A stretch of 64,000 nt of DNA, taken from contig JALDTO010000237.1 in assembly GCA_023515725.1 (NCBI GenBank), positions 506,207 through 570,206 on the forward strand. The letters are read 5' to 3'. The position numbers and the translations under genes are program-made. Position 1 is the stretch's first letter; every line of letters starts with the position of its first letter. The notes under the pieces are model-generated. The model saw nothing but the letters and a program-made list of their open reading frames with translations. It did no database searches and was not told the DNA's origin. The DNA comes from Amoeboaphelidium protococcarum X5. Taxonomy: Eukaryota > Fungi > Aphelidiomycota. Shown here in pieces: positions 48,185 through 60,888 of this stretch.

Positions 48185-51100
48185 ATGTCTGCAAAAGCAA
48201 TCACAGAGTATGATGGGAAAAAGCTGTTGGCCAAGTGGTTGCAGTGTCCACCTTCAGTTGCTGGTCTGTAGTCTCAACCTCAAGAACTCAGTGCTGGTGG
48301 TGTATTCAGCGGCTCTAGTAAGTTGGCCCGCGTAGTGTTGGATGTTGGTCCCAAGACTTCTTACAAGCCATCCGCTGACTCTAAGCCTGTGTCGTAGAAG
48401 AGCTAATCAGCGTCGTCAACTTCTCAGAGTGCAAGTAGAGAGTAGGTGAAAGCTCGTTTGTAACCGTTGTTTGATCAGGTGGAGCGATAGGAACCGTGGC
48501 TACTTTAGGAGAAGTTGGTGGTTAAGCCTGATTAACTGATCAAGCGGCGTGGCAAGTTGGGCCTACTTGGTATAAATCTAGACTGGCAGGCTGTAAAGTA
48601 ATGGATTGTTGAACGTGCTGACACTAGAATCTCCGTAGACGGTATCGCGGGTACTCTGAATGCTTTCATTATTGAACCGTTTGTGCCGCACCCTCAGGAG
48701 ACTGAACACTACGTCTGCATCCAGTCTGTCAGGGATGGTGATCTCGTCTTCTTCTACGACAAGGGTGGTATCGATGTTGGTGATGTGGATAGTAAAGCTT
48801 AGAAATTGCTGATTCCTACTGGTGTTTAGCTTCAGTCGATGAAGGATCAGGTGGTGACTGATCTGTTGAAGGGTATTCCGGAGTAGGATAAGAAGAGAGC
48901 GGTGTTGTATGACTTTCTACTCAGATTGCATACCGTTTATGCTGATCTCAATTTTACCTATTTGGAGATTAATCCTCTCGTTGTCTTGCCTGCCAAGTCT
49001 ACACAAGATCCTCCTCAGGTAATCTATTTGGATCTTGCTGCCAAAATTGACTAGACTGCTGAATTTGAATCTGGCAAGTTTTGGTCGCAAGCTTTATCGC
49101 CACTTTAGTTGTAGTCCTAGCAGCCTAATAATAACAGTAATAGTGGCTTAGTATCTTTGGCCTTTCCAGCACCTTTTGGAAGAGAGTTGACGCCAGAAGA
49201 GGCTTATATTGCAGAGTTGGATTCCAAGACTGGAGCATCGTTGAAGTTGACCGTGTTGAATCCTGAAGGTAGAATATGGACAATGGTGGCTGGTGGTGGT
49301 GCGTCGGTGGTGTATAGTGATGCTATTGCTGCTCATGGATTTGCACATGAATTGGCCAATTATGGTGAGTATAGTGGTGCTCCATCAGAGACTCAGACGT
49401 ATGAGTATGCCAAGACTCTGCTTGATCTGATGACTAGGTAGAAGCATTAGAGCGAGAGTAAAGTGTTACTGATTGGTGGTGGTATTGCCAACTTTACAAA
49501 TGTCGCTGCAACTTTCAAGGGAATTGTGCGTGCTCTGCGTGAGTTTAAGCAGAGAATTTTGGATGTTGGCTGTAAGATTTGGGTTAGGAGAGGTGGTCCT
49601 AATTGGTAGGAGGGTCTGAAGTTGATCCGTGGTGTTGGGGAGGAATTGGATCTGGACCTGGCTGTTTATGGGCCAGAGACGCATATTACTGCCATTGTGG
49701 AGATGGCTCTGGGTAAGTCATCCAATTCTGGTGATGCATAGGGACCACAGAAGGGAGGTCTGGCTAATAAGTCCGGATCCTCTTATACGGAGCAGGTTTT
49801 TTATGGTCAATCTTCCACATCAACTGGTGCGGTGACGAAAAAGAATAAGAGCGTGGACCAATTGCTAGAGTTTGCACCTGCTGATAAGAATTACAGCCAG
49901 CCTATAGCATCTTTCCCATCTACACCGGTGCAGAGTCATCCGTGGTATCAGCCATTCACCAAGTAGACCAAGTCTTTTATTTATGGTATGCAACCACGAG
50001 CTGTCTAGGGAATGTTGGACTTTGACCACATGTGCAAGAGAGAGGCTCCATCCGTGGCTGCAATGATTTATCCGTTTGGTGGTTCTCATGTGTAAAAATT
50101 TTATTGGGGTGATAAGGAAATGCTTCTACCCGTTATGACCAGTGTTGAAGAGGCTGTGTAAAAGTTCCCCGATGTGGACACGGTGATCAACTTTGCTTCA
50201 TTCAGATCTGTGTATGACAGCACAATGTAGTTGCTGAAGTTTTCATCGCAGCTCAAGACTATTGCGATTATTGCTGAGGGTGTGCCGGAGAGACGTGCCA
50301 AGTAGATTTTGAAGACTGCCAGTGATCAGGGGGTCCTTATCATTGGTCCTGCGACTGTGGGTGGTATTAAACCTGGATGCTTCAAGATTGGTAATACCGG
50401 TGGTATGATTGACAATATTATTGGAAGTAAGTTGTACCGTGCTGGATCTGTGGCTTATGTGAGCAAGAGTGGTGGTATGAGTAATGAACTGAACAATTTG
50501 CTTGCTCGTTGTACCGATGGAGTTTACGAAGGTATTGCCATTGGTGGTGATCGATATCCTGGTAGTACATTCTTTGACCATCTGATCAGATTCCAGGATG
50601 ATCCAAATTGTAAGATGCTGTTACTGCTGGGTGAAGTTGGTGGTGTGGAAGAGTACAAGGTGGCTGAGGCCATCAAGAGTGGTAGAATCACAAAGCCTGT
50701 CGTGGCATGGTGCATTGGTACGTGTGCTAATATGTTCGGTGCTGAAGTATAGTTTGGACATGCTGGTGCGCTGGCTAATTCTAATCTGGAGACTGCACTA
50801 GCCAAGAATGAAGCCCTACGTCTGGCTGGTGCTATTGTGCCAAAGACATTTGAGGATCTACCTGCTGCATTAGAGGCGACTTATAAGCAACTACTTGAAA
50901 AGGGATTGGTGAAGCCTTTCACTGAGCCAGAGGTCCCTAAAGTTCCTATTGATTATGCTTGGGCTTAGGAGCTTGGCCTGGTACGTAAACCGGCCAGTTT
51001 TGTAAGTACCATCTGTGATGATCGTGGATAAGAGTTGTTATATGCAGGAATGCCTATTTCCAAGGTGTTTGAAGAAGATATCGGAGTTGGAGGTGTTTTG

Positions 51101-51856
51101 AGTTTGTTGTGGTTCAAGAGAAGATTACCGCAATACGCCACCAAGTTCATTGAGATGGTGCTGATGTTGACTGCAGATCACGGTCCGGCTGTCAGTGGAG
51201 CTCATAATACTATTGTCACTGCCAGAGCTGGTAAGGATTTGGTATCTAGTCTGGTAGCTGGCCTCTTGACTATCGGTGACAGATTTGGTGGTGCTCTGGA
51301 TGGAGCTGCAGAGTAATTTAGTGCAGCATATGATCAAGGCCTCTCACCGCAGGAGTTTGTTGATTCTCTGCGCAAGTAGCATAAACTGATCCTGGGCATT
51401 GGACACAAGGTCAAGAGTAGAACTAATCCGGACTTGCGTGTTAGTATCCTGACTGAGTATGCCAAGAGAACTTTTCCACAGACCCACCTCCTGGACTATG
51501 CTCGTAAAGTTGAGCATATCACGACCGCCAAGAAGGACAATCTGATTTTGAATGTAGATGGTGCGATTGGTGTGCTATTTGTCGATCTTCTCCGTCATTC
51601 AGGTGCTTTTAGTCGTGAGGAGGCTGAGGAGTATATCAAGATTGGCACTCTGAATGGCCTATTTGTTCTGGGTAGAAGTTTGGGTTTCATTGGACACTTT
51701 ATTGACCAGAAGCGTCTAAAGCAGGGCCTGTATAGACATCCGTGGGATGATATCAGCTATCTGGTAGGCATGGAGGGACAGGGAAGCAGCGTCCTTGTCA
51801 GCGGTGCATCTTTAGGCAATGTAGGAAATAACAACAAGGAGGGAGTGCAATAATGA
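48185..51856 (+). CDS. ACLY: ATP-citrate lyase, single fused polypeptide (1223 aa, intronless)
   Basis: [16 protein letters not shown][Q][18 protein letters not shown][Q]FGHAGA (phospho-His), [13 protein letters not shown] and [10 protein letters not shown]. Confidence 0.97.
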
Positions 51857-51920
51857 AATACTTATATCAAAAGATGATACGTGGGATGAATTTAAATGGT
51901 AATATTGTATAAGAGATCTA

Positions 51921-52610
51921 TCACAGGTACTTGGCCGTAAGCTTTATATGCTATTACAATGATCCAACTGGGTCCTTCTGGAATCTATCGTTCTGATACA
52001 CCATCTTCATCTATTCCAACTCCTTCCTTAGTGTGTTCTACCGACCTTTATGAGACTTGACGCGGTTTTTAGGAGTAGGTCGGTTCTGCTATTAGGACTA
52101 TTTCACCTTCTGTCTAGCCATTTCCACTTCCATCTATTACTGATCAAAATCCAGCAGAGCATCTTTAGTCAATTTTGTACTTCTAATATCCGTACTGAGA
52201 ATCTATGGTTCTTTGTCATGATTAGAATTTAAAAAACTACTGCTACTACCATCCTGATATAACGCGTCTTACAAAGTGTCGACATTCATCAGCGGTTAAC
52301 TCTTTGTGGCTAATCGCTTCTTTCGCTTCTACTTCTCCTATTACATTAGAGCATACTATGGCTCCAGTTCTACACAATTAACATGGATGGCGGCAGTGTT
52401 AATAATTATCAGGTGTTCAATTGAATGACCATAAATCTTACTCTGTATGAACAGGTCGCGCCTCATACGCCTTTTCTCCTTTTTACTGATGGACATTGTG
52501 GTGTTCATTGTGATATTGGTCTTGCTGTCATCGAAATCGAACCCATCATGCTGCCTAAATGTACTAGACATCTATCTGCCAGCATTTCTTTCGCGCCTAA
52601 TCGCTGGCAT
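51921..52610 (-). CDS. SLX9: Ribosome biogenesis factor SLX9/FAM207A-like (intron 52370-52441; 205 aa)
   Basis: SKKEKRRMRRDLFIQKL and the C-terminal KSHKGRQNTLRKELEQMKMVYQNDRFQKDPVGSLQQHI pattern. Confidence 0.7.
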
Positions 52611-52796
52611 ATTCTGTATGTTATAGTGATGAATGTATTTAAATCGCGTAAAATTTGACTTTCAATTGGTGCGGTGAAAGGGGAGAAGAGATGTAAAGTT
52701 TTTCGCGATTTCTCTTTTTGAGGAAACCACTGTGATTGACTTGAGAATATATTTATAGTACTGTACTTGATTCAAATTGATCAAAAATAATACTTA

Positions 52797-54356
52797 ATGG
52801 AGCAGAATTTTGATTTGGAATTAGACGATCCTTTGTATAATTATGATGGGGAAAATGTGCAAAGCGGTAGACATGCGAATGAGCCATCAGTTTCTAGACG
52901 TAAATCTCACAAGTTCAAGAACAGCCACGAGACTCTGGCAGCTAACAATGATAACATTTAATCACAGTAACAATAATTCTAATTCCATCGCCGTCCTAGT
53001 ACAAGTATGATGCTTAATTATAACAGTAACCGTTCTGAAGAGCGGCGACTTATTGAAAATAGCAGTCAAGATGAGTTCTGGCGATTAGCAGAGTAAGATG
53101 TTGGTGGGGATGACACGCTCCACGGTGGGTAATAGTATCGCCACGGTAATAATGGTGATGGTAACACGTATTTGGTAAAGAGTTCTGAAGCTGCTTATAT
53201 CAGGAACAGATACAAGCGATGGGCATATCTTGTAATGGAAGATCCGTCTTCGTCATATCTAGCTTTTACTTGGAATATCTTACTCGCCTTACTTATCCTA
53301 CTAAATGCTTTGGTAATGATCATTGAGACTATGCCGTCCATGAATAATGAAGACACGATTCCGGGGAGGTTCTTTCTATATGCCGAGATTGTGGTACTGG
53401 GCATATTCGCTGTGGAATTCGCTGTTAGACTCTATGGCCACACGTATAATCTGGAAAAGTTTCTGTCCTTCTGTAGGAGTCCGCTGTTTATAATTGATAT
53501 CCTGGCATTCTGTCCATTCTTTATTGAACTTATTGTCAGCGGTAAACCGTACATGGAGACTCAGCGATTCTCTATCCTACGTCTATTTCGCTTATTTCGA
53601 ATGTTTAGAGTGTATAAGTACCAGTCTCTGCTGCAGCTGTCTATTGAAGTTCTTCTCATTGCCGTGGCCAAGAGTGCCGAATCTCTGATTGCCTTAATGC
53701 TCTTCATTGTGACTATATGTACGTGTCTGGGCACATTAATTTACTTTGCCGAGCGTGGTACATATTCGCAGGAGTAGAAGAAGTTTTACACTTCTCTGGA
53801 GCCATTTATAGAATCCAATTTCATGTCCATTCCCTCGTCAATGTGGTTCATTGTTGAAACTCTGACCACGACTGGGTACGGTGAAGTGGTGCCTCTTACG
53901 GCATGGGGTAAAGTTGTCGCGTTCATATCAATGTCTTTCGGAATTCTCTCTATCGCGCTACCCTCCATCATTGTGGGTCGAAATTACATTGCCGTGTGGT
54001 CAGTGATGAGCAAGTATAAGACTCCAGATGGGTTGTGGATTCAACGCGACGACGATGATGAAGATGTTGTTGATGATAATAATGCTGTAAATGGTAAAGC
54101 TGGTATTGCAATGAAGAAAATTAATACTAAATCTTCGCATAATAGTCTTGTGTCTGATATTGAAAGTGCTCACGGTGCTGATGCTAATAATGATACACCA
54201 CGGTTATCTAGGAGGCCATCCTAGATCCTGTAGAAATCAGCGTTATCCTCAAAATCTAATACAACAGATGAACGATTAGCCAATATAGAGAAGCTACTGC
54301 AGAAGCTTTTACAATAACAACAATTATAATAATAGGAACCGGTATAACAAGATTGA
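52797..54356 (+). CDS. Voltage-gated 6-TM potassium channel (Kv-like, no T1 domain; 519 aa)
   Basis: EDPSSS before S1, S4 RFSILRLFRLFRMFRVYK, pore SIPSSMWFIVETLTTTGYGEVVP and S6 ALPSII. Confidence 0.93.
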
Positions 54357-54424
54357 GAAATCAAAGAATTATAAAAAATGTTAGAATTCTTCGCGAGTTG
54401 TATACTTAATATATTTTAGAGTGA

Positions 54425-54649
54425 TCATTCTTTCTAAATAGTCATAACCTGATCCTCTTCAACGTAGTCGACACCTTCCAAAGACTTGAGGGAGTCGGTC
54501 AACTGCTCAGGAATCTCACAGCTAAATCCAAGGAGCACAGAGTCGTAACGATGACCAATCTTGCCACCCTCCTTCTTCACCTGATCCACAGCCTATTCAA
54601 TGGTATCCTTAGCGGTACCCTACTTAAAAACAACAATATAAGACTTCAT
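54425..54649 (-). CDS. Standalone peptidase inhibitor I9 (subtilisin-propeptide-like, PBI2/POIA1 type; 74 aa)
   Basis: MKSYIVVFK...GGKIGHRYDSVLLGFS...VDYVEEDQVMTI. Confidence 0.88.
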
Positions 54650-54953
54650 TATTACACGGTATTTATGATAATTTGATAAAAGTATAACGATAATATTCAC
54701 TTCAAAAAATAATTAGCAAAAGAAGATTAGTGGGCGGTATTGTCACGAGATTTGAAGTAGGAGTTAGTGATCAGGGGGTCCAACGGACTGTGGTGTGCTT
54801 CCTTCTGGCGAGATGGATGATTCGGCTTGGTGAATGGTCATAGGAGGATTCACACTGCGTCAAAGGAGGGACTTTTGTTGTTGTGAGCCCCTGTTTTGCT
54901 GTTTTCAATAGAGATCTAGCATTAAATCTATAAAAAGCATGTTTAATTCAATT

Positions 54954-55692
54954 TCAATCATCTTCACATGCTAATTACTACTCGTTGTTGTTAGCATCCC
55001 ACTCCTTCTCACCAAGAAATTGTTCAACAAAGTTCATGAGCATCGGCTCTTTCAATGCACTCAGCTTGTACTCTTCCAAAGACAACTCTCCATCGCCGTT
55101 GATGTCAAGATCATCAAACAGTCGCTTCGCCATTTCCTTCACTTGAGCAGTGTGATCTTCATTGTAATACGTTGAGTAGATTTGAGCCAAAAACTTGACA
55201 ATCTCCTTTTAAGTGACGCGTCCATCTCTGTTAAGATCATACATCTTGAAAGTGAGCTCCAGTTTCTGCTATGGACTGCCTCTAATCAGAATCTACATCC
55301 CATTGATAAACTCGGCGCAGTCAATATTACGATCTCCATTGACATCAAACGCATCAAATAGTCTCTCTAAGAACATTGAACCAGCCTACCAGAATTGAAC
55401 GTGATTCTTGATCACCTACACTTGATGACATATGTATGATATATACATAACAATTATATAAAATGATTGAATAACTTACATCCATAAACTAATCCTTGGT
55501 GATAGAGTCATGCTTTTATGATATTTGTTCAAACTCCAACTTCAACTTTGCAACTTCTTTTCGGCTAACTACAAAATCACACCAACGCACGATTTAACGC
55601 GATATCAATGTTTATGCACGTATTCAAAGCAACTTACAGTTTGGACTAAAAGCCCCCTATTTACCTTCAGATTTGCTAGAAGTATGACCCAT
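54954..55692 (-). CDS. Myristoylation-type EF-hand calcium sensor (NCS-1/frequenin/KChIP/calcineurin-B-like; 2 introns)
   Basis: N-terminal MGHTSSK, FLERLFDAFDVNGDRNIDCAEF, KLELTFKMYDLNRDG and DINGDGELSLEEY. Confidence 0.9.
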
Positions 55693-56816
55693 CGTATTTT
55701 TGTATTCCAAAGTTAAATAACTGCGTGTTAAAAGAAATGAAAATTTACCATGCAAGGCTTGTTATGATTATTATGAAAATAGCCCAACTTCACTTTTTAG
55801 CAACAGTTTGTTGTGATTGGGCAGTCATTCCATCAGTGACATTCTTTAACATGCACTCCGAACGACTCTGCTATAATGAGAAACTATAGGTCACCCCTCT
55901 AGCGGTCGCGACTCTGACGCGTCAAAGCCGTGACTTGGGGCTGGCCTAAAATTTATTACTCGCGGCTATCTAGACGATGTGGTAATTAGGCGTACGTTTC
56001 GGCTTCGGGATTGATATACAGCTATAAATGTGAAGTTTTAAAGACAATTCTCATGATGTCAATGGGAGACTCAGACTTGAGTAGCTCCCTCTCCGGAATT
56101 CTTTCATCTTGTAATCGCGTTATAAATCGACAGCGACCAGGAATTCAGATAAGAGTATGATAATTATTATCAATATATGCGCAAGGCTGATCATATATTT
56201 ATAGCTTGAGTGGAAATTACCCTTAAGCAAAACCATTAGATAGCCTTATCGATTGCAAGGGGTCGCATTTCGCTCAACGCAAAATTTAGGAGCCTAGCTA
56301 GAGTAATCTCCTCACCTCATTTTCCGCACTTTGTCACTAGAATCTAATTTCGATTTAGAATATGAACTTGGCAGTTATTTTAAACGTTGGCGTTTTCTTG
56401 TATCAACAGATGAAAACAATTCGGGTAGAAAGTATTGCTCCAACAAGCACTGTATGATCAATGGCATGGGTCGCGGGTGAAGGGTGCACTCCTTTGACAG
56501 TCTTTGCATTGTGAGTCAAGATGAGCCTTTCGCAAGTGAATCGAAATCAGCTCAGTTATGGACTCTTCCACTTTAAATCTTGAGGTTTTGGCGATGAGTC
56601 AAATGAAAATATAATGAAAGCATACTGTTATCCGTTAGACAATAGTGCTGAATGAGGCCGTGTGAAATATGTTTCAGATGACAAACAGACACAGAACGAG
56701 CGGTTTAAGTTTGAGATTGATTGATCGTTTCAACTCCGCGCCGAATCTTTCTCCTCCTCGTGATAATAATTAATGATTCCGTTTGTTCTATACTTGGATA
56801 GAAGCGTCTAATAAAT

Positions 56817-59519
56817 ATGAATGTACCCACTATTTCTGTAGAAGATGTGGATGCTGGTATTATGAAGGATATAAGTAATGTCGCCGACAATTAACATTTA
56901 GTATAGGAATGGTCGCTGATACAACCTGGGCTTCTGCATAAAATCGCTTTGGGTTATTCTGTCATTGCAGAACTTCCTGTAGTGTTTAAGAACTAGTCAC
57001 TATCAGTCGTTCACTTGATGAAGCGGTATACTTCCGATAGAGTTTTAGGGATGATTAATGGTAATTTATTACGATTGCAGCACTCCTTATCAGATTTCGT
57101 CAGCGATCGAGTGTTGGGTGATGAGAATTACGTTCCATCATTTTACATTGACACTCAACACTGCGTTTTCGGTGAGACCGCCATAACAATTGATCGCTCT
57201 TATTAGAATGATGCAGTGCCGTACGCTAATATGACTCAGTAATAGTTGTTGAGTTACCGCTACAAGTTTCTTGCTTATAAAGAGAGAAAGTACTTGATTA
57301 AATAAGTTGGCCATAATTCTGATCCAAATAGCTGTAATGTTTCTAAAGACAGGGATAAGTAGCTGAAGAGTTCTATTGAGACGTTTAATCCGCCTTAATC
57401 TTGGAGTCTATCGTTTAGTATTGTGATTGCTGCCATTCGCGGACTTCTTCATCACGATGTATCACTGAATGCCGTCAGAGTGCTATCCAACTTTACATAC
57501 CCATTTGTACCTAGGAATGTGCTGATATAGAAATTAAGTCTCCCAGATGGAAAATTTGCAAAGAATCAATTATTTGACGGACATCTGTAACAGTTTGATT
57601 TATCTGGAGTGTAATCCATAAGGAGACTAGATTGGGTATCACCTCTAGCTCGTGAACAGTAGTAGTCTGACATGGACACTCATTTGGATGTATAGTATTA
57701 GTATCACATGCACCTAAGTAGGGCTGATAAGCTGAGATAGTTGACACGCGCACGCTTCAGTATTCATCCTCATGGCGAAGGACATCACAGTCACATTGGA
57801 GGGGAGTGGATATCCCATCCTGCCGTAGTAAAGCAGGCTAAACAGAGAATGATGAATAAATACGGTGATCAAGTTGTCACAGCTGCGGAGAACTTTATCG
57901 CCGGTCTGAATGCTGTCGTATTAGAGTGGCAGTCGTTGACACGGTCTACGTCTATCTTCCCTTACTCAGAACGTTCATAAAAATCCATTTTATGGTCGTC
58001 GGATCATTTTAGATGTTGGATGATAGCTTTTAACGCTGAAGATTCGGTGAAATCTCAGCCAAAGAATGGACTGGTGCCATCATTTAGCACTGAGCTAATA
58101 TCACTGAAAGACTAGAGTCTACTCAAGCACAAACGATCTTTGACTGCTGACTATAAGCTCACTAAAGCCCGAAGATAAATGCTCATGGCTTTGCGGTAGT
58201 TGTAGTCGGCATAGAAGCAATTTAAATCTGACAAACCACTTAATTATCTCACCAGACTGGCAGATTGTGAGTATAGTGAGGATAAAGTGGTGCTTTATAT
58301 TCATGGAGGAGGATATTGTATCATGTCATCGGAGACGCATAGATCTTTAACTTGGAAGATTAGTCGTGATACAGGTTGCAGAGTACTGGCTGTGGATTAT
58401 AGGAGAACACCAGAGTTTGTATTTCCCGCAGCTCTAATTGATTGTACATCTTCGTATGTTCATCTATTGCAGGGGAACTATGTCGATCAATTGTCAATGG
58501 CGTATTTCGAAATGTTTGAACTGGATCCTGATTTTCCTCATCCCGCGGTTCTAAGTGGAAAGTCTGTTGATCTGTCGTAAGATAAAAAGATCAGAGCTGA
58601 GAATATTGTGATTATGGGCGATTCAGCAGGTGGCGGATTGTCGCTATCTCTGCTTCTTCACCTTCGCGATTTGGGTGTGCCTATGCCTGCAGCAAGTGTT
58701 CTCATCAGTCCATGGGTAGAGCTGACATGTTCACTTCCATCCTGGGCCAGGAACCATGAATATGATTACATTCCTCAACTGCATATCATGGACACTGAGA
58801 ATATCATGTCACACTTTGTTGGCTGGTATCGTCATAATCATAACTATAAGCAATCGACCTCTGGTGATGATTGTGGTGGTGATGAAGATGTTGTTAAGCG
58901 AAAGCTCAAAACTGGTGAAAGTCTTTTATCTTGTGAAAGTGGATTAGTTAGTGGCGTGTATGGCGATGTCGGGCACGGACTTGGCAGAATATTGATACAG
59001 TGTGGCGAGAAGGAGTACTTGTTAGATGAAAGCTTGTTATTGTACCACAAGATTTCAGCTGGTTGTGATAGCTCGGCTGCCTCCAGCACAACAAGCACCA
59101 AGCAAGTAAGACTAGAGGTGTATCAAGATATGGTACATGTATGGCATTTCTTTGAGTGGCTTCATCAAGCTGATGTTGCTTTTAAAAGAATCGGCCAGTT
59201 TGTGCATGAATGTTTTGGCTATTAAGTGTCATCATCATAAGAATTGCAACCTGGCACTGATACTAACATTGAGGTGGAGACCCAGACTTTTGAATAGAGT
59301 GTAGATACTAGAAGAGATAGCGTATCATAGTTTGAATCCACGACTGCTGCAGAAGGAGAATAGTTCAGTCCGTCTCATTGTATCAAAGACACTACAACCA
59401 CTGCTGGAATGCTTTGTGAAAAGCTGTATGTCCGCAGCGACGGAACTGTCTGCAACATCAATGGAGATTTAAAGATTGGAAGTAAATTCTATCAAGAGAG
59501 CAACGTGTCAATGAAGTGA
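56817..59519 (+). CDS. HSL-family (GDXG) alpha/beta hydrolase with a long N-terminal extension (900 aa)
   Basis: LYIHGGGY, VDYRRTPE, MGDSAGGGL, LISPW and YQDMVHVW. The track fragments all lie in one frame under TAR=Gln. Confidence 0.9.
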
Positions 59520-59615
59520 TAGTGGTGATAAAAGTGATGATTATGTATGAGTAGAATTATTCGTAGTTATTAAACTCGGACAAAGTTACAATAGAAGTAG
59601 CGTCGCTTTATCAAA

Positions 59616-60515
59616 TCAAGTCAAGCTTGGCTCTTCATTGATTGTCCTCTTCACTCTCAGCAACACTGTGGTCTTCCATGGATCCAGCTTGGACATTCTA
59701 TCAAAATCTGCAACGTGTCCAGTGAAGGCAGGCTAATCTCCAGCCTCTAAAGCATCCAGTAGATTCAAGAGCAATTAACACTCACGACTTTGCGAGAATG
59801 TAGAATCCAGATCTTGATACTTCTCCACAGCCTTCCTGGCACCAACTGCGTCCTTACACAAGTGACAAAGTCCCGCATTTAGGAAGTAATTCTTTGCACT
59901 GTATTTAGTCAAATTATTGTCAAGCGATGTGGTGGCAACACTTTCAAACTTTTCGATAGCTTTATCGTATTACTCCAACTGCGCGGCAAATGTGGCAACT
60001 TTAAGCCAACATTAATTCGCAAGTCCAGAGGAATCTTCACCAGAGTACAAGTCTGCCGCCTCTTCATAATACTACATTGCAAGCTTTGGGTCCACTATAT
60101 CACTCTCATAAATCTCTCCAATTTGCTTCATATAGTTGGCGGCCGGATGGAATCTACCACGCTCCTTCAACATCTCCACGGCGCGGGTCAAACTCTTTAT
60201 GGCCTCCTCTGGACTAACCTTCTTGAATGACTTGCTCGCCTCCACCAGATTACTGCTGGCCACGTCCAGATCATTCATTTGCAGAGCATAATCTGCAGCT
60301 TTCTCATATGCTTCACCCGCCTGCTTCCATTTCTTTTCAATCTTATACAGATTACCAGCCTTGGCACACATGTCCGCAGCCTCCTCTAACTTGCTCTCTC
60401 TACTCCCACCCAGGCCGAAGAATCCAAAAGAGTTCACCTTCTTCTCGGCCCTTTCAAGTAGAGTCTGTGCCTCAATTTCTTTATTAGATGGGATACTATT
60501 AGGATCGATAGGCAT
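59616..60515 (-). CDS. SEC17: Alpha-soluble NSF attachment protein (299 aa)
   Basis: [36 protein letters not shown] and [13 protein letters not shown]. Confidence 0.95.
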
Positions 60516-60888
60516 ATTTAAAGATGATATTGTTATTTTATGGAGTATTATGCGTAACGTTCTTACCCAGGAAAGAAGAGAGAGGAACTAATGTTTTAGC
60601 GAACGGCCACTATGAAAACTAACACCGTTCATTATATATGATCATTGAAGAGCCCTTTTGAACCCATAACTTGTGTGTTGCTTTTAAATGCTAGGTAATG
60701 AAATCTGCCTTTAATTAATGATGCAAATAATCCATATCTAGATGGTGATGAAGGCTTACTATTCTAAAGGTCAAACTCGTTGCGTTTGGAATCACTGATC
60801 GTAATGGTATCGCTGAGTCTATATTTAACCTCTTTATATGGCTGCTTCGATATATACGTCTTTTAATCCATCATAATACATTGTAATT

